From assembly GCA_963934255.1 (NCBI GenBank), contig CAWVXU010000009.1, forward strand, positions 1-49,988: a DNA stretch of 49,988 nucleotides, in the 5' to 3' direction. The translations under genes and the position numbers were made by a program. The notes beneath the pieces are model-generated. The model had not been told where the DNA came from. It saw nothing but the letters and a program-made list of their open reading frames with translations, and did not search any database. How positions within the stretch are numbered: the first letter of the stretch is position 1; the number at the start of each line of letters is the position of its first letter. This DNA is from an uncultured Fibrobacterales bacterium (GTDB lineage: Bacteria > Fibrobacterota > Fibrobacteria > Fibrobacterales > CAWVXU01). Below, in pieces: positions 46,277 to 49,988 of this stretch.

Positions 46277-47427
46277 AATACCGTAGAAGAGTTCAAAAAA
46301 ATTTAGACATCGTTGAGGTTTTCATTGAAAAAATAGTTCCAGGCGGAAAAGGTATGGGCTACTTGGATCAGAAGGTTGTCTTTGTGAGTGACGCACTTGC
46401 GGGAGAAAAGCACAGAGTTCAATTAATCAAAGACAAAAAAGATTTTTGCGAAGGTTATAGTATAGAAGTACTAGTGGCCTCAAAGGATAGGGTTAAGCCT
46501 CGTTGTCTTGCTTATGGTAATTGTGGTGGCTGTGATTTTCAATTCACTCACTATGAAAACCAATTAGTGTTAAAGAAACAAATGATCAAAGATTCATTTA
46601 GTCGCTTGGCAAAGTTAACATTAGGTGAAGAGTTTAAGGTAGCTCCAAGCCCTAAATCATGGGGCTATAGAACTAGAGCGCGATTGTCACAATTAGCTTC
46701 TAAAAACATATTAGGTTTTAAAGAAAGAAAAGGCTCTAAAATAGTCAATTTGGATACTTGTCCAGTCTTGAGTAATGAAGTCTCGCGAGTTTTGAAAGCT
46801 CGAAGAAACTTAAATCCAGATGACGTTGAAGTATCTATTCAGAGTAATGGCAAGCAAATAGTTGCCAAGTCAAAGACTCCTATTGAAATTGTTGTGCAAG
46901 GTAAGACGCTAAAAGCAACAACAGATGTTTTTTTTCAATCCAACTTAGAAATTTTGCCAATATTCTTAGATTGGATTTTAGCTAGAACTCCCAACGGAGG
47001 TTTAGCCCTGGATTTGTTCTCGGGAGTAGGTTTTTTCGCAGTCTTTTTAGAAGAAAAATTTGATAAAGTCATCGCTGTTGAGAGAAATAAGGGTTGTTTA
47101 GAGCTTGCGAAAGAAAATGTGACAGACAAGACAGAGTTTTACACAGGCGATGTGACAGAATGGTCTCAGCTCAAACAAAGCCATAATGTTGATTTTCTTA
47201 TAGTTGACCCCCCACGTGAGGGCCTTGATGCTAAAGTCTTGGCTCAGATTCAAAGTTGGAAACCCGAGAGTTGGATTTATGTGAGTTGTAATCCAGTAAC
47301 CCTAGCGCGAGACACTAAACGCGTTATGGATGCAGGTATCTATCAAGTGAAAGCTTCACAAGCATTTGACTTTTATCCGCAGACATCACATTGTGAAATG
47401 GTCATTCAATTCATTTTAATTAATTAA
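46273..47427 (+). CDS. RNA (uracil-5)-methyltransferase, RlmD/TrmA family, with TRAM domain and 4Fe-4S motif
   Basis: C....CGGC...C, FFQSN, LDLFSGVG, VDPPREG, YVSCNP.TLARD and D.YPQT.H.E motifs. Confidence 0.9.
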   Translation: MKYRRRVQKNLDIVEVFIEKIVPGGKGMGYLDQKVVFVSDALAGEKHRVQLIKDKKDFCEGYSIEVLVASKDRVKPRCLAYGNCGGCDFQFTHYENQLVLKKQMIKDSFSRLAKLTLGEEFKVAPSPKSWGYRTRARLSQLASKNILGFKERKGSKIVNLDTCPVLSNEVSRVLKARRNLNPDDVEVSIQSNGKQIVAKSKTPIEIVVQGKTLKATTDVFFQSNLEILPIFLDWILARTPNGGLALDLFSGVGFFAVFLEEKFDKVIAVERNKGCLELAKENVTDKTEFYTGDVTEWSQLKQSHNVDFLIVDPPREGLDAKVLAQIQSWKPESWIYVSCNPVTLARDTKRVMDAGIYQVKASQAFDFYPQTSHCEMVIQFILIN

Positions 47428-47450
47428 TCTAAGTCATCGGCTGAAGTGCA

Positions 47451-48632
47451 TCAAATCAATTCACGCGTGTGGTTTATATCAAAGCCATTTTTCCAAACAA
47501 AAAGTAAGCGTTGGTTCCAGCGTAATTCTTTAGCACTCGGTTGTTTGGTTGGATTGTCTAAGTAGTAGTGTTCTAACTTTTCCTTTTCTTCATTTGCTGC
47601 AATTGATTCACCTAAAGCGATATGAAGTGAGATTTTAAAGTAATAAGCACGAACAATTACTTCTCTGTTAGTTATGTCAATTTTTAATTGGTGGGTATAG
47701 CTATTAAGTGCTTCACGGAGTTTATCTTGTTTCGTTTTTTTGGACATCATTGCCTGAAGAATACAATAATATCCAATGTCGGAGTAGGCCGTTTTTTTAT
47801 CACCAAGTACTAGACCGTTGGCGCATTTTTCTGCTAAACGAAGAGATTCAATTACTTGTTCAAATGAACGATTGGCTCTCTCGAATCTATTGTCCTCGTG
47901 TAGTTCAGTATCTGCACCAATAAGCTTCTTCCTAGATGCCATTCCCATTGCCAGAATTTTTTTAGCATCAGGTTTATATGGGAAAGCTTGTTCTAAGCCT
48001 TTAATTGCAAAATCATTTGAATCACCTGATGCAAAAAAACAACTAGGACAAACTGTTATATAACTTCTTAAGAAATCCCATTCTTGAAATCGACCATTTG
48101 CTTTAAATGTGGGAAAAAGTCCATGGTCCCAATTTTCGATGGTACTATCCTTTTTAGGCTTATAAATTTTTACTTTGTCGTATCCACAAACATAGCATGC
48201 TTTAACATGTGTTTCATAGGCCTGAAAATCTGGTCCAGGTATAACTTCAGTTGTGTTTATATTTTGATCATCTTTGATTGTTAAATACTCATTTGCAATA
48301 TCAATCAACTCTTTATCTAGGCTTGGCTTTTGAATGTATGCATCAGCACCTAGTCTTTGTAATTCTTTCCAAGCATCCTTTTTGGGGGTAGCTGATACAA
48401 CTATAATTTTAACATCGGGGTGTGATTTTGCTAGACTTCTTATCAAGGCATACCCATCCATCACAGGCATGATTAAGTCCACAAAAATTAATACTGGATC
48501 GTGCGTGCTTATTTTTTCCAAAGCTTCTTTACCATTAGAAGCTCCTTCCACACTAAAGCCTGCTTTAGTTAAAGTAGCGACCATGCGTTTTAAAATGAAT
48601 TTTGAGTCTTCAACTACAAGAATGTTGATCAT
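47451..48632 (-). CDS. Response regulator receiver fused to a Zn-finger/helical domain (DUF2225-like)
   Basis: Receiver motifs VVEDS, VDLIMP.MDG, SA and KP, followed by CYVC...ITVCPSCFFAS and a helical region. Start moved from 48677 to the ATG at 48632. Confidence 0.75.
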   Translation of the reverse strand: MINILVVEDSKFILKRMVATLTKAGFSVEGASNGKEALEKISTHDPVLIFVDLIMPVMDGYALIRSLAKSHPDVKIIVVSATPKKDAWKELQRLGADAYIQKPSLDKELIDIANEYLTIKDDQNINTTEVIPGPDFQAYETHVKACYVCGYDKVKIYKPKKDSTIENWDHGLFPTFKANGRFQEWDFLRSYITVCPSCFFASGDSNDFAIKGLEQAFPYKPDAKKILAMGMASRKKLIGADTELHEDNRFERANRSFEQVIESLRLAEKCANGLVLGDKKTAYSDIGYYCILQAMMSKKTKQDKLREALNSYTHQLKIDITNREVIVRAYYFKISLHIALGESIAANEEKEKLEHYYLDNPTKQPSAKELRWNQRLLFVWKNGFDINHTRELI

Positions 48633-48677
48633 AATTTTTTCCCTATAGCGATAGTATATCCTAGAAATGTGTATCAA

Positions 48678-49874
48678 TCAAACACTATTTACACGTTGTG
48701 CAAAAATAATACGTGGTTTTGATTTATTTCTAGAGTCGGGCAATAGAAATGCGGTAAGAATTTTATTGGAATGGTTGTTTGGCATCATTCTCTTCCAAGT
48801 ACGTTGTAATTCTAGAGGGTCAATATCTAACCCTCTTTTTTTCACTTCTAACTCATCAAAATCTTGACATTTAAGGAAGCTTTTAATCTTTTTCTCCCGA
48901 AATGGAACCTCATCAATCACCTTAAATGAGCTCCAAAAAGAGCTATTGATTGGGTTTTCAGATACAAAGTAGGGTATTTCAAAATTGAGCTGAAGAAGCC
49001 CAAGGGTAGCTGCTTCTACCCAATATAACCCAGAGGATAGACTAGGTTTAATAGGTTCATGAATGTAGCTCTTGGGGCTGGATTGACTTATTAGGCTAGC
49101 TCTTGCATTGATTTCATCATTAATTGTATGTTCTAATATTTCATTTGTTGGTAGAAATACGGTTTCTTTGAAGTTGTTTTGAAATTTCCCGGTTTTTAAA
49201 AGAAGTTCTTTGGATTGACCTTTATCACCTATATAACAACTCGAAAAGTCGAATAAACTGCTGAATCTTGAAACATCAGATGCTGGGCTGAGCTTTATTA
49301 GCCCACTATGTAACCTGCTAACAATTCTTTTTAATTCGTCTAGGTTTGGACTTAATTGATCTAAACCCCATGATTTTTGTTTGTTTTTAGGTCTTCGGTC
49401 CGGATCAATCAGAAAACAATCAGAAGATTGGTTGAAACTAATGACATCATGAAGAGCTATTTCGTGTTGGCCATTGGGGCGAAACTGAGTGTGATTATAG
49501 TCAAAACACTTTAGTCTTTCAGCAGATAAATCGACCCCTAACACATTTACTTTATCGGATAATGAAATAGAGTCTGCTCCAATTCCGCAGCATAAATCTA
49601 GAACAGACCCTGATTGTATGAGGGAGGCTTTATACTTAGAAACCGCCAAACTAGATGACTGTTCATATCCAAATTGGTCACACAGTATGTTAGATGTTCC
49701 GAATTTCTTTATAAGCTTGGGCTGTAATTTAATCCAATGTTCTAATGATTTTTTTTGCATTGTAGTAAGTATGCTTGAATCAATAAATGAATTTATACCT
49801 GGGAGGCCAACCATTGGCGAACAATGCGCATTAACAGGTAATTGTTTTAATATATTTTGGAAATCGTCAATCAT
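48678..49874 (-). CDS. Class I SAM-dependent methyltransferase with THUMP-like C-terminal domain
   Basis: EQSSS..V..YKA, VLDLCCGIGAD, IDPDRR, IKLSP, YIHEP and EVKKRG motifs. Confidence 0.85.
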   Translation of the reverse strand: MIDDFQNILKQLPVNAHCSPMVGLPGINSFIDSSILTTMQKKSLEHWIKLQPKLIKKFGTSNILCDQFGYEQSSSLAVSKYKASLIQSGSVLDLCCGIGADSISLSDKVNVLGVDLSAERLKCFDYNHTQFRPNGQHEIALHDVISFNQSSDCFLIDPDRRPKNKQKSWGLDQLSPNLDELKRIVSRLHSGLIKLSPASDVSRFSSLFDFSSCYIGDKGQSKELLLKTGKFQNNFKETVFLPTNEILEHTINDEINARASLISQSSPKSYIHEPIKPSLSSGLYWVEAATLGLLQLNFEIPYFVSENPINSSFWSSFKVIDEVPFREKKIKSFLKCQDFDELEVKKRGLDIDPLELQRTWKRMMPNNHSNKILTAFLLPDSRNKSKPRIIFAQRVNSV

Positions 49875-49888
49875 TTGGTCAATCTAAA

Positions 49889-49965
49889 TCTTTTTTAAAG
49901 AAAATAAACTTTTTTAAACAAAAACAGTTGACCGTTAATCTCAAAGAGTTATAATTGCCCTCACC
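49889..49965 (+). promoter_or_regulatory. Strong sigma70-type promoter resembling stable-RNA (rrn/tRNA) promoters
   Basis: A/T-tract UP-like region, then TTGACC (49928-49933)-16 bp-TATAAT (49950-49955), then a C-rich discriminator TGCCCTCACC. Confidence 0.7.
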
Positions 49966-49988
49966 AACGACGAGCGACTCCGTTAAAC

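Overview
AT-rich bacterial chromosomal segment made up mostly of core genes. The L32, TopB, sigma factor and fab-cluster sequences suggest Fibrobacterota/FCB group, which is inference and not a database result. From left to right: a 5'-truncated operon of two PGxGQ-motif envelope proteins plus an ABC-class-like P-loop ATPase; a four-gene uncharacterised envelope cluster built around LPP20-like proteins; a repeat-rich intergenic gap; pyk; slyX-yyaL-NUDIX; a serine hydrolase; class Ia nrdAB with tandem NrdR boxes and a structured leader; a DMT transporter; sthA; a short sigma-70-family factor; a CPA2 antiporter and recG; a stand-alone receiver; topB; a CheA-like (HAMP-HPt-HATPase, no CheW) kinase with two exported partner proteins; a GT2; the yceD-rpmF-plsX-fabH-fabD-fabG-acpP cluster without fabF; rnc, a LipM-like gene, a yejABE-type ABC importer with two ATPases and an rlmD-like gene; a receiver/Zn-finger fusion; a THUMP-like methyltransferase; and a stable-RNA-like promoter at the right edge. 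I found no tRNA, rRNA, CRISPR array, transposase or integrase. The best candidates for undescribed biology are the LPP20-type envelope cluster, the CheW-less CheA-like module and the nrdA leader. All three are hypotheses.
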